Assembly: GCA_964466955.1 (NCBI GenBank)
Contig: CAYXQR010000106.1
Location: forward strand, 3,354 to 67,353
Direction of reading: 5' to 3'
Length of the DNA: 64,000 nucleotides
Source of the DNA: an uncultured Nitrosospira sp.
Lineage (GTDB): Bacteria; Pseudomonadota; Gammaproteobacteria; Burkholderiales; Nitrosomonadaceae
Under the pieces are notes generated by a model. The model saw only the letters and a list, made by a program, of their open reading frames with translations, was not told where the DNA came from and did no database searches. The position numbers and the translations under genes are program-made. Positions 52,028-62,257 of the stretch are shown in pieces. Positions within the stretch are counted from its first letter, which is position 1; each line of letters opens with the position of its first letter.

Positions 52028-53368
52028 CTACTTTCCATTCCCGGTACCTACTACCACGGCAACCATTCCGTTGGGATCGATACGCCGTTTGAAGGACTCC
52101 CTGACCTCGGATACCGTTACGCTTGCCACCGCCTTCACGTAATCATCCAGCCAGGTAAGCGGGAGACCGTAGAAACCGATCATGGCGAGGTAGCCGATAA
52201 TTTTCCTGCTGCTGTCTATGCGCAATGGAAAACTGCCAATGATGTTTTGCTTGGCTTCCCTAAGCTCTTTTTCTGTCGGGCCTGTCGCCACAAAACCGGC
52301 CAGTATTTTTTGGGTAAGCGCTAGCGCTGCCTCGGCCTGATCCTTCTGTGTCTGCAAACCGATTTCGAACGGTCCGCGTCTCCTCAGGGGCAAAAAATGG
52401 CTGCTCACACTGTATGCCAGCCCGCGCTTTTGCCGAATCTCTTCCATCAGGCGCGAAGTGAATCCCCCCCCGCCAAGTATGTGGTTGCCGACCAGCAATG
52501 GAAAATAATCGGGATCATCGCGGCTGAGCCCCGGATAAGCCAGCAGGATATGGCTTTGAGCCGCTGGATGGGAAATTCTTTTCGTCTCCGGTACCGGCGT
52601 GGTGACCGGAGGAACTTCGTCTTCAGACAAGCTCCGAGAAAGATCTTTCGTCAGCGACTCGGCAATGGACGCTGCTTCCGCCCTGCTCAGATCGCCCATG
52701 ATCGACACGACCGCGCTTGGGGCGGAGTAGTGAGAGCGGTAGAAATTCGTCAGATCTTCGCGCTGCAAGCGGCTCACACTGTCAACTTCGCCGGAACCGC
52801 GCAGGCCGTATGGATGGTCACCGTACAGCATTTTCATCAGCGCTCGGTCAGCGATGGTAGCGGGCTTGGTATCGACTTCCTTCAAACCGGCAACCACGCG
52901 CGCCTTCTCACGTTCCAGCACGGTTTCAGGGAACGCAGGATGCTGTATGACGCGCTTCAGTATATCCAGGGCCTGTGTTCGTTCGCGCATATTGCTCAAA
53001 GTGCGCAGCGTAACGCCGGCGCGATCCTGATCAAAATGAGCCCCGATCTGGGCACCGACATCGGCCAGCGCCTTCGCAATCTCATCTTCGTTCAACCCGC
53101 CCGCGCCCAGGCTCAACAGATATAGCGTCATTCCGGCGCGGCCGGACTTCTCGCGGGTATCGGTACTGCTGCCAGCCATGAAATCGACACTGACATCCAC
53201 TATCGGCAGGTCGCGGCTTTCGATGAAAAGGACACGGGCGCCTGAATCAGCTTGCCAATGCTGAATCGGCAGGGTCGCCAAAGCGTCACGGGTTACAAAC
53301 GCCAGAAAAAGCAAAAAAATGAAACGCATTACAAGCATTGGAAAACCTTTCAACAAGGGCCCGCTCAA
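52028..53368 (-). CDS. M16-family peptidase, non-catalytic subunit
   Basis: M16 fold lacking HxxEH (GMTLYL at that position); RL.EEIR.KRGLAYS motif. Confidence 0.85.
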   Translation of the reverse strand: MSGPLLKGFPMLVMRFIFLLFLAFVTRDALATLPIQHWQADSGARVLFIESRDLPIVDVSVDFMAGSSTDTREKSGRAGMTLYLLSLGAGGLNEDEIAKALADVGAQIGAHFDQDRAGVTLRTLSNMRERTQALDILKRVIQHPAFPETVLEREKARVVAGLKEVDTKPATIADRALMKMLYGDHPYGLRGSGEVDSVSRLQREDLTNFYRSHYSAPSAVVSIMGDLSRAEAASIAESLTKDLSRSLSEDEVPPVTTPVPETKRISHPAAQSHILLAYPGLSRDDPDYFPLLVGNHILGGGGFTSRLMEEIRQKRGLAYSVSSHFLPLRRRGPFEIGLQTQKDQAEAALALTQKILAGFVATGPTEKELREAKQNIIGSFPLRIDSSRKIIGYLAMIGFYGLPLTWLDDYVKAVASVTVSEVRESFKRRIDPNGMVAVVVGTGNGK

Positions 53369-54837
53369 TGCCGCAGTCCGGCAGGAGCGGGAGCAGGCGC
53401 TTTATCTTCCAGCGGCTGCGGATCGAGTACGGCAACGGTCAGACTTTCATCCTTGAGATACTTTCTTGCTACGTCGCGCACCTGCCCGGCGGTCACCGCC
53501 TGCAACCTGCTCAGCATGGTATCCACATCACGGTGGGACAAGCCTATGCTTTCCATCTGGCCGATCTGCATGGCCTCCGCGAACATGGAGTCGCGCTGAA
53601 AAACATGTGCTGCCACAACCTGCGCCTTGACGCGGGCAAGTTCCTCCTCGGTCACGCCATCGCGCACGAGCTTCTTCATCACCTCCCGCAAGGCGGCCTC
53701 GAGATCAGCCACGGACTTGCCTTCGCTGGGCGTGCCATCCAAAAAAAACATTCCCGGACCACGCGCGGTCGAATCGTAGCTTGCGCCTGCCGAGCTTGCA
53801 ACACGCAGTTCGCGCACCAGTTCCTTGTTGAGCCGTGCGGATTCATTACCATCCAGCACTCCGGCCAGCATTTCCAGGGCATAAGGTTCCCAGTCGGTAG
53901 CTGGGTCGCGTACTACCGGCGCATGGTAGGCCATGGCGATATAGGGCAGCTGTGCCGGTGCTTTGACCGTAAGCCGCTTGATGCCAAGCTGCTGCGGTTC
54001 GGTTTGCGGCTTGCGCTCGTCCAGGGATAGCACTTTGCGCGATTTTATGGAGCCATAGTATTTTCGCGCCAGATTCAGAACTTCGCCAGGATTCACGTCC
54101 CCGACTACAACCAGCACTGCATTATTCGGCGCATACCAGCGGTCGTACCAGTTTCGCGCATCGTTCACGCTCATGTTCTCGAGATCGTTCATCCAGCCGA
54201 TCACGGGATGGCGATAGGGATGAGCCTGGTAGGCGGTGGCCATCAGTTTCTCGTACAGGAGCGAGCGCGGCTGATCGTCGGTACGAAGCCGGCGTTCTTC
54301 CATTACGACCTTGATCTCCTTGCTGAAATCCTCTTTCGTCAGAACGAGGTTGCGCATGCGATCGGATTCGAGTTCCATTGCCAACTGCAAGCGGGACTTG
54401 TGCAGCTGCTGAAAATACCCGGTATAGTCACGGCTGGTAAAAGCGTTTTCGCGTCCGCCTGCGGCCGCGATGCGCCGGGAGAATTCCCCCCCCGGCACTT
54501 TCTTCGTGCCTTTGAACATCATGTGTTCCAGCACATGGGCAACGCCGGTCAGACCGTTTACCTCGTCAATGCTTCCCGCCTTGTACCAGATTTGCGAGAT
54601 GACGACAGGAGAGCGGTGGTCTTCCTTGACGATCAGCTTGAGGCCGTTTGCAAGGGTAAATTCCTGAGTAGCGGCGAACGCCGCGGGCGATGCCAGCAAA
54701 ACCAGGATCATCGCCGCAGTGTGGAACGCAGCGGCGACAGACAAGGAAATCGTTCCGTTTTTCAGACCGGACGGATGAATGGCGCTTTGCCTCAGCCGTT
54801 TATCGTATGAACCGGATAGAGCTTTTTTTACAGGCAT
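53365..54837 (-). CDS. M16-family zinc peptidase, catalytic subunit
   Basis: GVAHVLEHMMFKGT (HxxEH), NAFTS.DYT, EERR. True start may be downstream. Confidence 0.9.
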   Translation of the reverse strand: MPVKKALSGSYDKRLRQSAIHPSGLKNGTISLSVAAAFHTAAMILVLLASPAAFAATQEFTLANGLKLIVKEDHRSPVVISQIWYKAGSIDEVNGLTGVAHVLEHMMFKGTKKVPGGEFSRRIAAAGGRENAFTSRDYTGYFQQLHKSRLQLAMELESDRMRNLVLTKEDFSKEIKVVMEERRLRTDDQPRSLLYEKLMATAYQAHPYRHPVIGWMNDLENMSVNDARNWYDRWYAPNNAVLVVVGDVNPGEVLNLARKYYGSIKSRKVLSLDERKPQTEPQQLGIKRLTVKAPAQLPYIAMAYHAPVVRDPATDWEPYALEMLAGVLDGNESARLNKELVRELRVASSAGASYDSTARGPGMFFLDGTPSEGKSVADLEAALREVMKKLVRDGVTEEELARVKAQVVAAHVFQRDSMFAEAMQIGQMESIGLSHRDVDTMLSRLQAVTAGQVRDVARKYLKDESLTVAVLDPQPLEDKAPAPAPAGLRH

Positions 54838-54942
54838 ATTATTGATAACCCAAATTCGGGCAAACAGAATAAAATCAGGAATACTTGCAATTTTCGTTCG
54901 TATTCAGATCATGTGCTTCACTCATGTTGACAGCCTACCAGA

Positions 54943-55929
54943 ATGCCCAGTTTCTTCAAATCCAAAAATAGCCCTGAGTTCACTGTCGCACCCTCTGCAA
55001 ACTGGCAGGAAAGAGTCAGGCAGGGGCTTTCCCGCACGCGTAATAGCTTGGGGAAACGTCTGTCCGGCTTGCTCGGAAGTGGCAGGATAGACGAAACCCT
55101 TTATGAAGAAATGGAAACAGTGCTGCTCATGGCCGATGCAGGCGTGAATGCCACGACATGGCTGCTTGCGGAGTTAAAAAGAAAAGTCAAACGGGAGGGA
55201 TTCACCGACGCGTCCCAGTTGAAAGGGGCGTTGCAGGAAGCGCTGGTTTCTCTGCTCGAACCGCTGGCGCAACCTCTCGATACCACAACGCACAAACCCT
55301 TCATCATCATGCTGGCGGGGGTGAATGGAGCGGGCAAAACCACGTCCATAGGCAAGCTTGCACACTATTATCAGCTTCAAGGAAAATCCGTGCTGCTGGC
55401 GGCGGGTGATACTTTTCGGGCGGCGGCGCGCGAGCAGCTCATGGCCTGGGGCGAGCGCAACCATGTGGCAGTCATCGCGCAGGAAACCAGCGGGCAGCAT
55501 AAGGCTGATCCGGCTGCCGTCATATATGACGCCGTCAACGCCGCGAAAGCGCGCGGCAGCGATATTGTGCTGGCGGACACCGCCGGCCGGCTCGCGACAC
55601 AGACGCACCTGATGGAGGAGCTTAAAAAGGTAAAGCGGGTCCTCGCCAAAGCCGAGCCGGACGCTCCGCACGAGATACTGCTCGTGCTGGACGCCAACAC
55701 CGGTCAGAATGCGGTCAGCCAGGTGCAGGCGTTTGACGAAGCGCTCGGCCTCACGGGACTTATTGTCACCAAGCTTGACGGCACGGCCAAAGGAGGCGTG
55801 ATTGCCGCAATTGCCCGCCAGCGTCAGCAAAAGCCTCCCTTGGCTATTCGATTTATCGGTTTGGGTGAAGGTCTGGACGACCTGAGGCCATTCGATCCAC
55901 GGGAGTTTGTGGAAGCGCTGTTTGAATGA
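54943..55929 (+). CDS. ftsY: Signal recognition particle receptor FtsY
   Basis: GVNGAGKTT, AGDTFRAAA, DTAGR, TKLDGTAKGG. NG domains only. Confidence 0.97.
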   Translation: MPSFFKSKNSPEFTVAPSANWQERVRQGLSRTRNSLGKRLSGLLGSGRIDETLYEEMETVLLMADAGVNATTWLLAELKRKVKREGFTDASQLKGALQEALVSLLEPLAQPLDTTTHKPFIIMLAGVNGAGKTTSIGKLAHYYQLQGKSVLLAAGDTFRAAAREQLMAWGERNHVAVIAQETSGQHKADPAAVIYDAVNAAKARGSDIVLADTAGRLATQTHLMEELKKVKRVLAKAEPDAPHEILLVLDANTGQNAVSQVQAFDEALGLTGLIVTKLDGTAKGGVIAAIARQRQQKPPLAIRFIGLGEGLDDLRPFDPREFVEALFE

Positions 55930-55961
55930 ATGCAATGCTACAGTTACTGTCCTAACGTGGA

Positions 55962-56615
55962 ATGATCAGTTTCAGTCAGGTTTACAAACGCTATCCAGAC
56001 GGTTTCAACGCGCTCAGGGATATCAGTTTCACGCTGGAGAAAGGCGAGCTGGCCTTGATCACGGGACATTCAGGCGCAGGGAAGACCACGCTGCTGAGGC
56101 TTGCTGCCGCAATCGAACGCCCGACCTCGGGCAGCGTGATCATCAATGGCCAGAATGTAGCCGCTCTCAGGCAGGGCGCGGTCCCTTTTTTGCGACGCAA
56201 TATCGGACTGGTATTTCAAGATCAGAAGATCCTGTTTGACCGCAATGTCTTCAACAATGTACTGCTGCCGCTACAGATCAGCGGCTTCGATTTGAAAGCG
56301 GCGCCCAGTCGCGTGCGCGCCGCCCTCGATAAGGTCGGTTTGCGCGACAGGGAAAAAGCGCTTCCCATTACGCTCTCCGGCGGAGAGCAGCAGCGCCTTT
56401 GCATTGCGCGGGCAATCGTAAACCGGCCTTCCATCCTTATTGCGGATGAGCCGACCAGCAATCTGGATGACGAATATGCCAGGGACATCATGGAAATGTT
56501 CAAGGCGTTTAATCAGGTGGGCGTCACGGTACTGGTAGCCACTCACAACGCGGAACTGCTTCATCACATGCGTCCGCGTGTCTTTACGCTCAGCCATGGT
56601 GAACTGACAGCATGA
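55962..56615 (+). CDS. ftsE: Cell division ATP-binding protein FtsE
   Basis: [24 protein letters not shown]; lies between ftsY and ftsX. Confidence 0.93.
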   Translation: MISFSQVYKRYPDGFNALRDISFTLEKGELALITGHSGAGKTTLLRLAAAIERPTSGSVIINGQNVAALRQGAVPFLRRNIGLVFQDQKILFDRNVFNNVLLPLQISGFDLKAAPSRVRAALDKVGLRDREKALPITLSGGEQQRLCIARAIVNRPSILIADEPTSNLDDEYARDIMEMFKAFNQVGVTVLVATHNAELLHHMRPRVFTLSHGELTA

Positions 56616-57517
56616 ATACCTGGCTTACTTACCATCTTCATGCGCTTCGCCTTGCCACCAACCGGCTTTCCGCCACGCCGCTTGTGAGCCTGCTCAGTAT
56701 TGCCGTGATAGGAATCGCCTTCAGCCTGCCAGCCGGGATATATGTGCTACTCGAGAATCTGGAGACACTGTCGGGTCACGTTCCGGCAACGCCTCAACTG
56801 ACCGTGTTTCTCGCGCTGGACGCAAACGAGAAGACAACGGCTGAAGTCGAATCTCTTCTGAAGGAACATAAAAGCATCGCCAGCTTCCGCTATGTTCCGA
56901 AGGACAGCGCGCTTGAGGAGTTTAAACGGGAGACAGGCCTGGCTGACGTAATGGAAGGGCTGGAACGTAACCCGTTGCCCGACGCTTTCGTAATCGATGC
57001 TCCCGGCGCTCCGCCCGAGGCACTGGATGAGCTGGGCGAGGAACTTCGGAAAATGTCTCAGGTGGAGCACGTACAGCTCGACTCGGCGTGGGCGAAGCGT
57101 CTGGAGGCACTGCTCGGACTGGGCAGACTGGGTGTATTATTGCTCACGTCGTTGTTGAGTTTTTCGCTGGTGGCGGTGGCCTTCAACACTATCCGCCTTC
57201 AGATCCTGACCATGAGGGATGAAATCGAGGTCGCAAAGCTCATCGGTGCAACCAATGACTTCATCCGCCGTCCTTTTTTATATTTTGGCGCCATCCAGGG
57301 CGCAATCGGGGGTGCCGCGGCCTGGCTCATCATTTTCTTCGGAATTCATCTGACGGATTCTCAGATTAAGCAGCTGATGAGACTTTACGAGATCGATTTC
57401 CGGTTGGACCATCTCTCTCTGGGAGACAGTCTGAGCCTTCTTTTGTTTTCTGCGTGGCTTGGCTGGATGGGCGCCTGGCTATCGGTAGCCAATCATCTCT
57501 GGCAAGCAGAATCATAA
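56612..57517 (+). CDS. ftsX: Cell division permease FtsX
   Basis: Four TM segments, NPLPDAF, NTIRLQI, KLIGAT..FIRRPFLY.G. Confidence 0.95.
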   Translation: MNTWLTYHLHALRLATNRLSATPLVSLLSIAVIGIAFSLPAGIYVLLENLETLSGHVPATPQLTVFLALDANEKTTAEVESLLKEHKSIASFRYVPKDSALEEFKRETGLADVMEGLERNPLPDAFVIDAPGAPPEALDELGEELRKMSQVEHVQLDSAWAKRLEALLGLGRLGVLLLTSLLSFSLVAVAFNTIRLQILTMRDEIEVAKLIGATNDFIRRPFLYFGAIQGAIGGAAAWLIIFFGIHLTDSQIKQLMRLYEIDFRLDHLSLGDSLSLLLFSAWLGWMGAWLSVANHLWQAES

Positions 57518-57556
57518 GAATTCATGCGCTTACACATTTTCGGCATACCCTGCGGA

Positions 57557-57585
57557 GGAACTTTTATCCGTGGTTGACGCTCTCA
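57557..57585 (+). promoter_or_regulatory. SigmaE (RpoE/AlgU)-type promoter upstream of rpoH
   Basis: GGAACTT-N17-TCTCA, ending 39 bp before the rpoH ATG. Confidence 0.6.
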
Positions 57586-57623
57586 CGGGAAAAGATTAAG
57601 TTTAGGAATCACATGGAGGATAG

Positions 57624-58469
57624 ATGACTTTTGCTTTAGCCATACCTTCGGCCAGCAGCCTGGAAAGCTATATCGAGTCGGCTAATCGCTTTCGCATCCT
57701 TTCACAGGAAGAAGAAGTTCGTCTGGCCCGCTCACTGCGAGATGAAGGTGATATCAATGCAGCCCGGCAACTGGTGCTCTCGCATTTGCGTCTGGTAGTC
57801 GCCATTGCCCGTGGCTATAAAGGTTATGGCCTGCCCCAGGCCGACCTGATTCAGGAAGGCAATATCGGACTGATGAAGGCGGTCAAACGTTATGATCCGG
57901 AACGAGGTGTACGGCTGGTGTCGTTTGCTGTCCACTGGATCAAGGCTGAAATTCACGAATTTATTCTGCGTAACTGGCGCTTGGTAAAAATCGCCACCAC
58001 AAAAGCACAACGCAAGCTGTTCTTCAATTTGCGCAGCATGAAGCCAGTCCTGGATACGATGAACCCGGAGGAAGTGAATGCCGTGGCGACGCAATTGGGT
58101 GTCAAAGCGGAAGAGGTTGTCGAGATGGAAACCCGCTTCAACGGACGAGATATCCCATTCGAGCCTTTGACTGAAGATGACGAGGATGAGACATTCAGTC
58201 CCGTCGCCTATCTTACCGATGGGTTGGAGCCATCGCGCGTACTGGAGGCTGAGCAGACGACCCGTCTGCGCGGCGAGGGCTTGGAACGTGCCTTGGACAG
58301 TCTGGATTTGCGCAGCCGGCGCGTCATCGAAGCCCGATGGTTAAGGGAAAAAGACACTGCGACATTGCATGATCTTGCCGGAGAATTGGGTGTATCCGCC
58401 GAGCGCGTCCGCCAGATTGAAGCCAAAGCGATGCAGAAAATGCGGGCTGCACTGGCTCCATCCTCGTAA
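57624..58469 (+). CDS. rpoH: RNA polymerase sigma-32 factor
   Basis: DLIQEGNIGLMKAVKR, RpoH box QRKLFFNLR, TLHDLA.ELGVSAERVRQIE. Confidence 0.98.
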   Translation: MTFALAIPSASSLESYIESANRFRILSQEEEVRLARSLRDEGDINAARQLVLSHLRLVVAIARGYKGYGLPQADLIQEGNIGLMKAVKRYDPERGVRLVSFAVHWIKAEIHEFILRNWRLVKIATTKAQRKLFFNLRSMKPVLDTMNPEEVNAVATQLGVKAEEVVEMETRFNGRDIPFEPLTEDDEDETFSPVAYLTDGLEPSRVLEAEQTTRLRGEGLERALDSLDLRSRRVIEARWLREKDTATLHDLAGELGVSAERVRQIEAKAMQKMRAALAPSS

Positions 58470-58593
58470 GAATCCTGGAGGCCGGCGGTTCCTTATTTAT
58501 CTGTGCCGATAGCCTGTACGCGCCTTTTGTTGAGCGCGAGGAGCAATGGTAAAGCTGCGCCGCCTATCACGCTGCGGTTTTACGTCCGATATA

Positions 58594-58842
58594 TCAGCCG
58601 GGGTTGTTTTCAGTCCACTGCTCAGGGGTCAGCGTTTTCATGGAAAGAGCGTGAATTTCACTTTTCATCCTGTTGCCTAGTGCACGATAGACCAACTGGT
58701 GCTGTTGCACCATATTCTTCCCCCGAAACTCGGAACTCACGATGATGGCATTGAAATGATAGCCGTCATCTCCCTCCACCTGCACGAGTTCGCATGGCAA
58801 TGAGGCTTCGATATGGCTCTTTATGCTTTCAGGTGTAACCAT
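58594..58842 (-). CDS. BolA/IbaG-family protein
   Basis: GDDGYHF, F.GK..VQQHQLVY..L, IHALS.KT.TP. Confidence 0.92.
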   Translation of the reverse strand: MVTPESIKSHIEASLPCELVQVEGDDGYHFNAIIVSSEFRGKNMVQQHQLVYRALGNRMKSEIHALSMKTLTPEQWTENNPG

Positions 58843-58909
58843 TTTCTTTCCTTTCCGCTCAGGATCCTTCAGATCGAAAGTTGGGATGGCAGTTTTGATA
58901 GACGAATAA

Positions 58910-59665
58910 TCAATGCCGGATCTTGTAGCCTGTCTTCAGCATCCGCAATGTGATCCATGATACCGCCAGGAAGCACGTTGCTACAATCCCCAGGCTGATG
59001 TAAGGGGAAATATCGGATTTCTGAAAAAAGCCATAGCGAAAGCCGTCAATGATGTAGAAAAAAGGATTCAGATGAGACATTCCTTGCCAGAGGGGCGGGA
59101 GGGAATGTATCGAATAAAATACGCCGGACAGAAATGTCAGCGGCAAAATAAAAAAATTCTGGAAGGCGGCGAGTTGATCGAATTTTTCTGCCCATATCCC
59201 CGCAACCAGACCCAGCGCGCCAAGCAGAGCGCTACCCATCAAGGCAAACACAACCACCCAGGGAACCGAAAACAGGGTGCCCTCGAAAAACACAAGTGTA
59301 ACGATATACACACCCGCGCCTACTGCAAGTCCTCGTATGACGGATGCCAGTACGTATGCCAGGAATATCTCGCCGTAAGAAAGCGGGGATAGCAGGACAA
59401 AAACGAGGTTGCCCGTGATCTTGGACTGAATCAGACTGGATGACGAATTGGCGAAAGCATTCTGCAATACTGCCATCATGACAAGACCCGGAACAAGAAA
59501 AACCGTGTAAGGCACACCCGAATAGATTTGGACGTGATCGGCCAGTGCGTGGGAAAAAATCATGAGATAAAGCAGGGTCGAAACCATTGGCGCAAACACC
59601 GTCTGAAAGCCGACCTTCCAGAACCGTAGCAATTCCTTGTAGAGAAGGGTGAGGAAACCGGTCAC
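58910..59665 (-). CDS. ABC-2 type permease (YadH-like)
   Basis: KELLRFWK, FLVPGL.MM, PLTFLSGVFYSI, NPFFY.IDGFRYGF. Confidence 0.9.
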   Translation of the reverse strand: MTGFLTLLYKELLRFWKVGFQTVFAPMVSTLLYLMIFSHALADHVQIYSGVPYTVFLVPGLVMMAVLQNAFANSSSSLIQSKITGNLVFVLLSPLSYGEIFLAYVLASVIRGLAVGAGVYIVTLVFFEGTLFSVPWVVVFALMGSALLGALGLVAGIWAEKFDQLAAFQNFFILPLTFLSGVFYSIHSLPPLWQGMSHLNPFFYIIDGFRYGFFQKSDISPYISLGIVATCFLAVSWITLRMLKTGYKIRH

Positions 59666-60585
59666 GCGGCTCCACCCGGCTTTACGGTATCCGCTGCCAT
59701 CAGCCTTACAAACACTTCTTCCAGATCGGGCTGCAACACCTGCATCTCCAGCACTTGACTTGCTGCGTTACGCAGCGCCGCGAGAACTTGCTCTATTTGG
59801 CAATATTCGTCGAGCAGCAGAACATGGTACCCATTTTCGCGACTGCTCAGCAACGGTTGCAGGGCTGGAGGCAGCGTGTCGGGAAGCAGCCGTAATTGAA
59901 CCGCACACCCTGAGATGCTTTTGACAAGATTTCTGATGGTATCGAGCGCAACGATCCGCCCTTGCTTCAGCATCGCGACTCGACCGCACAGCGCTTCCGC
60001 TTCTTCAAGGTAATGCGTGGTCAGAACAATTGTGTGACCGTCGTGATTCAATTGCCTGATGAAACGCCAGAGGCCTTGTCGCAACTCCACATCCACCCCG
60101 GCGGTGGGTTCATCCAGAACGATGACCGGGGGCTTATGCACTAGAGCCTGGGCTACCAGCACGCGTCGCTTCATTCCTCCGGATAGCGTCCGCATGTTCG
60201 CATCCGCTTTATCAGCCAAATCCAGTTGATGAATGACCTCTTCTATCCATTCAGCATTATTCTTCAGCCCGTAATACCCGGACTGGATCACGAGTGTTTC
60301 CCGGACGGTAAAAAAAGGGTCGAATACCAGTTCCTGCGGAACGACGCCCAGCATGCGGCGCGCTACCCGATAGCTTCTCACCGTGTCGTGGCCCATGATG
60401 AGGGCGTTGCCGCTACTGGCACGGGTGAGCCCAGCAATGATGTTGATGAGCGTGGTTTTGCCAGCGCCATTAGGACCAAGGAGCGCGAAAAATTCGCCGG
60501 CTTCTATTTCAAGATCGATTCCTGCCAAGGCCTGCAGTTTGCCAAAACGCTTGTACATCTGCCGGATCTGGATTGCGGGAGTCAT
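59662..60585 (-). CDS. ABC transporter ATP-binding protein (YadG-like)
   Basis: GPNGAGKTT, LSGGMKRR, LDEPTAGVD, TTHYLEEAE. Confidence 0.9.
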   Translation of the reverse strand: MTPAIQIRQMYKRFGKLQALAGIDLEIEAGEFFALLGPNGAGKTTLINIIAGLTRASSGNALIMGHDTVRSYRVARRMLGVVPQELVFDPFFTVRETLVIQSGYYGLKNNAEWIEEVIHQLDLADKADANMRTLSGGMKRRVLVAQALVHKPPVIVLDEPTAGVDVELRQGLWRFIRQLNHDGHTIVLTTHYLEEAEALCGRVAMLKQGRIVALDTIRNLVKSISGCAVQLRLLPDTLPPALQPLLSSRENGYHVLLLDEYCQIEQVLAALRNAASQVLEMQVLQPDLEEVFVRLMAADTVKPGGAA

Positions 60586-60749
60586 TGCGAACGAAAGAGA
60601 GGAGAAGAACATGACCCCTGCTTACCAGCCCGGCAACTACCGGAACAAGGCATCGTCAGGAGAATGACCGTATCGCTGCGCCTGTCGCGGGCTTCACAGA
60701 TACCAGGATACGGCTTGAACCGGGATATGGCTTGACCTTGCCCCCACTC

Positions 60750-61043
60750 TTATGCAAGCTTCATCAATTCGGACACTCCATATAACTGCATCAGGCTCTG
60801 CAGGTTTTGTGGAACATTGATCACCGACACTTCGCTATTGCGACGGACAGCTTCGCGCTGCCATTGCAACAGCATGCTGACTGCAGTGGAATCAACCTCC
60901 GTTACCCGCGCGAGATCGATCACCATGTTTTCGCGGCCAAACAGTCCAATGCCGTGCGTAACCACCGAAGCGATACTGTCGATGGTGAGCGGTCCTTCCA
61001 CTTCCAGCTTGCCGTTTTCACGCAGAGTCACCTGGGCCATCAC
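60750..61043 (-). CDS. mlaB: STAS-domain protein MlaB
   Basis: IDLARVTEVDSTAVSMLL; follows mlaC. Confidence 0.85.
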   Translation of the reverse strand: MMAQVTLRENGKLEVEGPLTIDSIASVVTHGIGLFGRENMVIDLARVTEVDSTAVSMLLQWQREAVRRNSEVSVINVPQNLQSLMQLYGVSELMKLA

Positions 61044-61045
61044 TA

Positions 61046-61708
61046 TTACTGCGCTGCCATCGCTTTTTTTTCAGTCCCCGCTTTTTTATTATCGTTATCG
61101 GCCAGAGAGCGATTCTTGTCGCTCAGCGTTTTTATGAGCTTTTCCACTCCTCCTTCACGTATCTGATTATTGAAGGTACTGCGATAATTCGTCACCAGGC
61201 TCACCCCGGCAACGATCACATCGTATACTTTCCAGCCTTCCCCCTTGTTCTCCATGCTGTAGTCGATATCCACCGGCTGCTGACCGTGATCCTGTATTAC
61301 CTTGGTCTTGACGGTGGCATCCGTATCGTTCGACGAGCCTCTCAGGGGTTCCACACGAATTTCGTAGTCGCTGTAAGTGCTCAACGCGTTGGAATAGGTC
61401 CGCACCAGCAAAGTGCGGAACTCTTTCACCAGTTCCTGCTGCTGCTCGGGCGTGGCCTTGGACCAGTTCTTGCCCATAGCCAGCCGGGTCATGCGGGTAA
61501 AGTTGAAATGCGGCAGCACTTTCGCCTCCACCAGATCGAGGATTTTAGTCGTATTGCCAGCACGCAACTCCTTGTCCTGGCGCACGATAGACAGCACCTC
61601 CTGCGCCGTGTTATCCACAAGCTTATCCGGACCGATTTCCGCAGCCTCGGATGAAAATGGCAACAACCCGGCTACCAACATCAGAACGACGCCAAAATAC
61701 GTTTTCAT
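61046..61708 (-). CDS. mlaC: Phospholipid-binding periplasmic protein MlaC (Ttg2D)
   Basis: Signal peptide, FNFTRMTRLAMG, LLVRTY, WKVYDVIVAGVSLVTNYRSTF. GAGG RBS upstream. Confidence 0.92.
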   Translation of the reverse strand: MKTYFGVVLMLVAGLLPFSSEAAEIGPDKLVDNTAQEVLSIVRQDKELRAGNTTKILDLVEAKVLPHFNFTRMTRLAMGKNWSKATPEQQQELVKEFRTLLVRTYSNALSTYSDYEIRVEPLRGSSNDTDATVKTKVIQDHGQQPVDIDYSMENKGEGWKVYDVIVAGVSLVTNYRSTFNNQIREGGVEKLIKTLSDKNRSLADNDNKKAGTEKKAMAAQ

Positions 61709-61774
61709 CATTTCCTCACCAAAATTTGACCAGACCAAAATGTGAATATATGCCTTTATACACGGGGCAAATGA

Positions 61775-62257
61775 TCAGTCTATGTTATCTCCCTTTCCGC
61801 TGGCCTCGGACGCCTTGCTGAACAGAAATTGTCCTATCATTTCTTCCAGTACGAGAGCAGAATTGGTTTTCATGAGCTTATCGCCGTCTTTCAACATCAC
61901 TTCCTCGCCGCCGGCCGCAAGACCGATATATTGCTCTCCAATGAGCCCCGAGGTAAGAATACTGGCAAATGTATCCTTTGGGAACTGGTAGCGGCGGTCT
62001 ATATTTATGATCACCATCGCGTCGAAATTTTCGGTGTTGAACTGGATATCGGTTACCCGTCCCACCACAACGCCTGCGCTCTTCACCGGAGCCCGGACCT
62101 TCAATCCTCCGATATTTTCAAAGCTTCCCGTCAGACTGTAGCTCTCCGCAGCGCTATAGGTGCCGAGGTTCCCAACCTTGAATGCGAGTATGAGCAGCGC
62201 ACCGATTCCTGCGATGACGAACAATCCTACCCACAAATCCATTGTTGATCGCTGCAT
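61775..62257 (-). CDS. mlaD: MCE protein MlaD
   Basis: WVGLFV, F.NIGGLKVRAPVK.AGVVVGRV, TSGLIGEQYI. Confidence 0.95.
   Translation of the reverse strand: MQRSTMDLWVGLFVIAGIGALLILAFKVGNLGTYSAAESYSLTGSFENIGGLKVRAPVKSAGVVVGRVTDIQFNTENFDAMVIINIDRRYQFPKDTFASILTSGLIGEQYIGLAAGGEEVMLKDGDKLMKTNSALVLEEMIGQFLFSKASEASGKGDNID

Noticed and set aside
55174-55935. 253-aa antisense ORF opposite ftsY
   Set aside because: Shadow frame.
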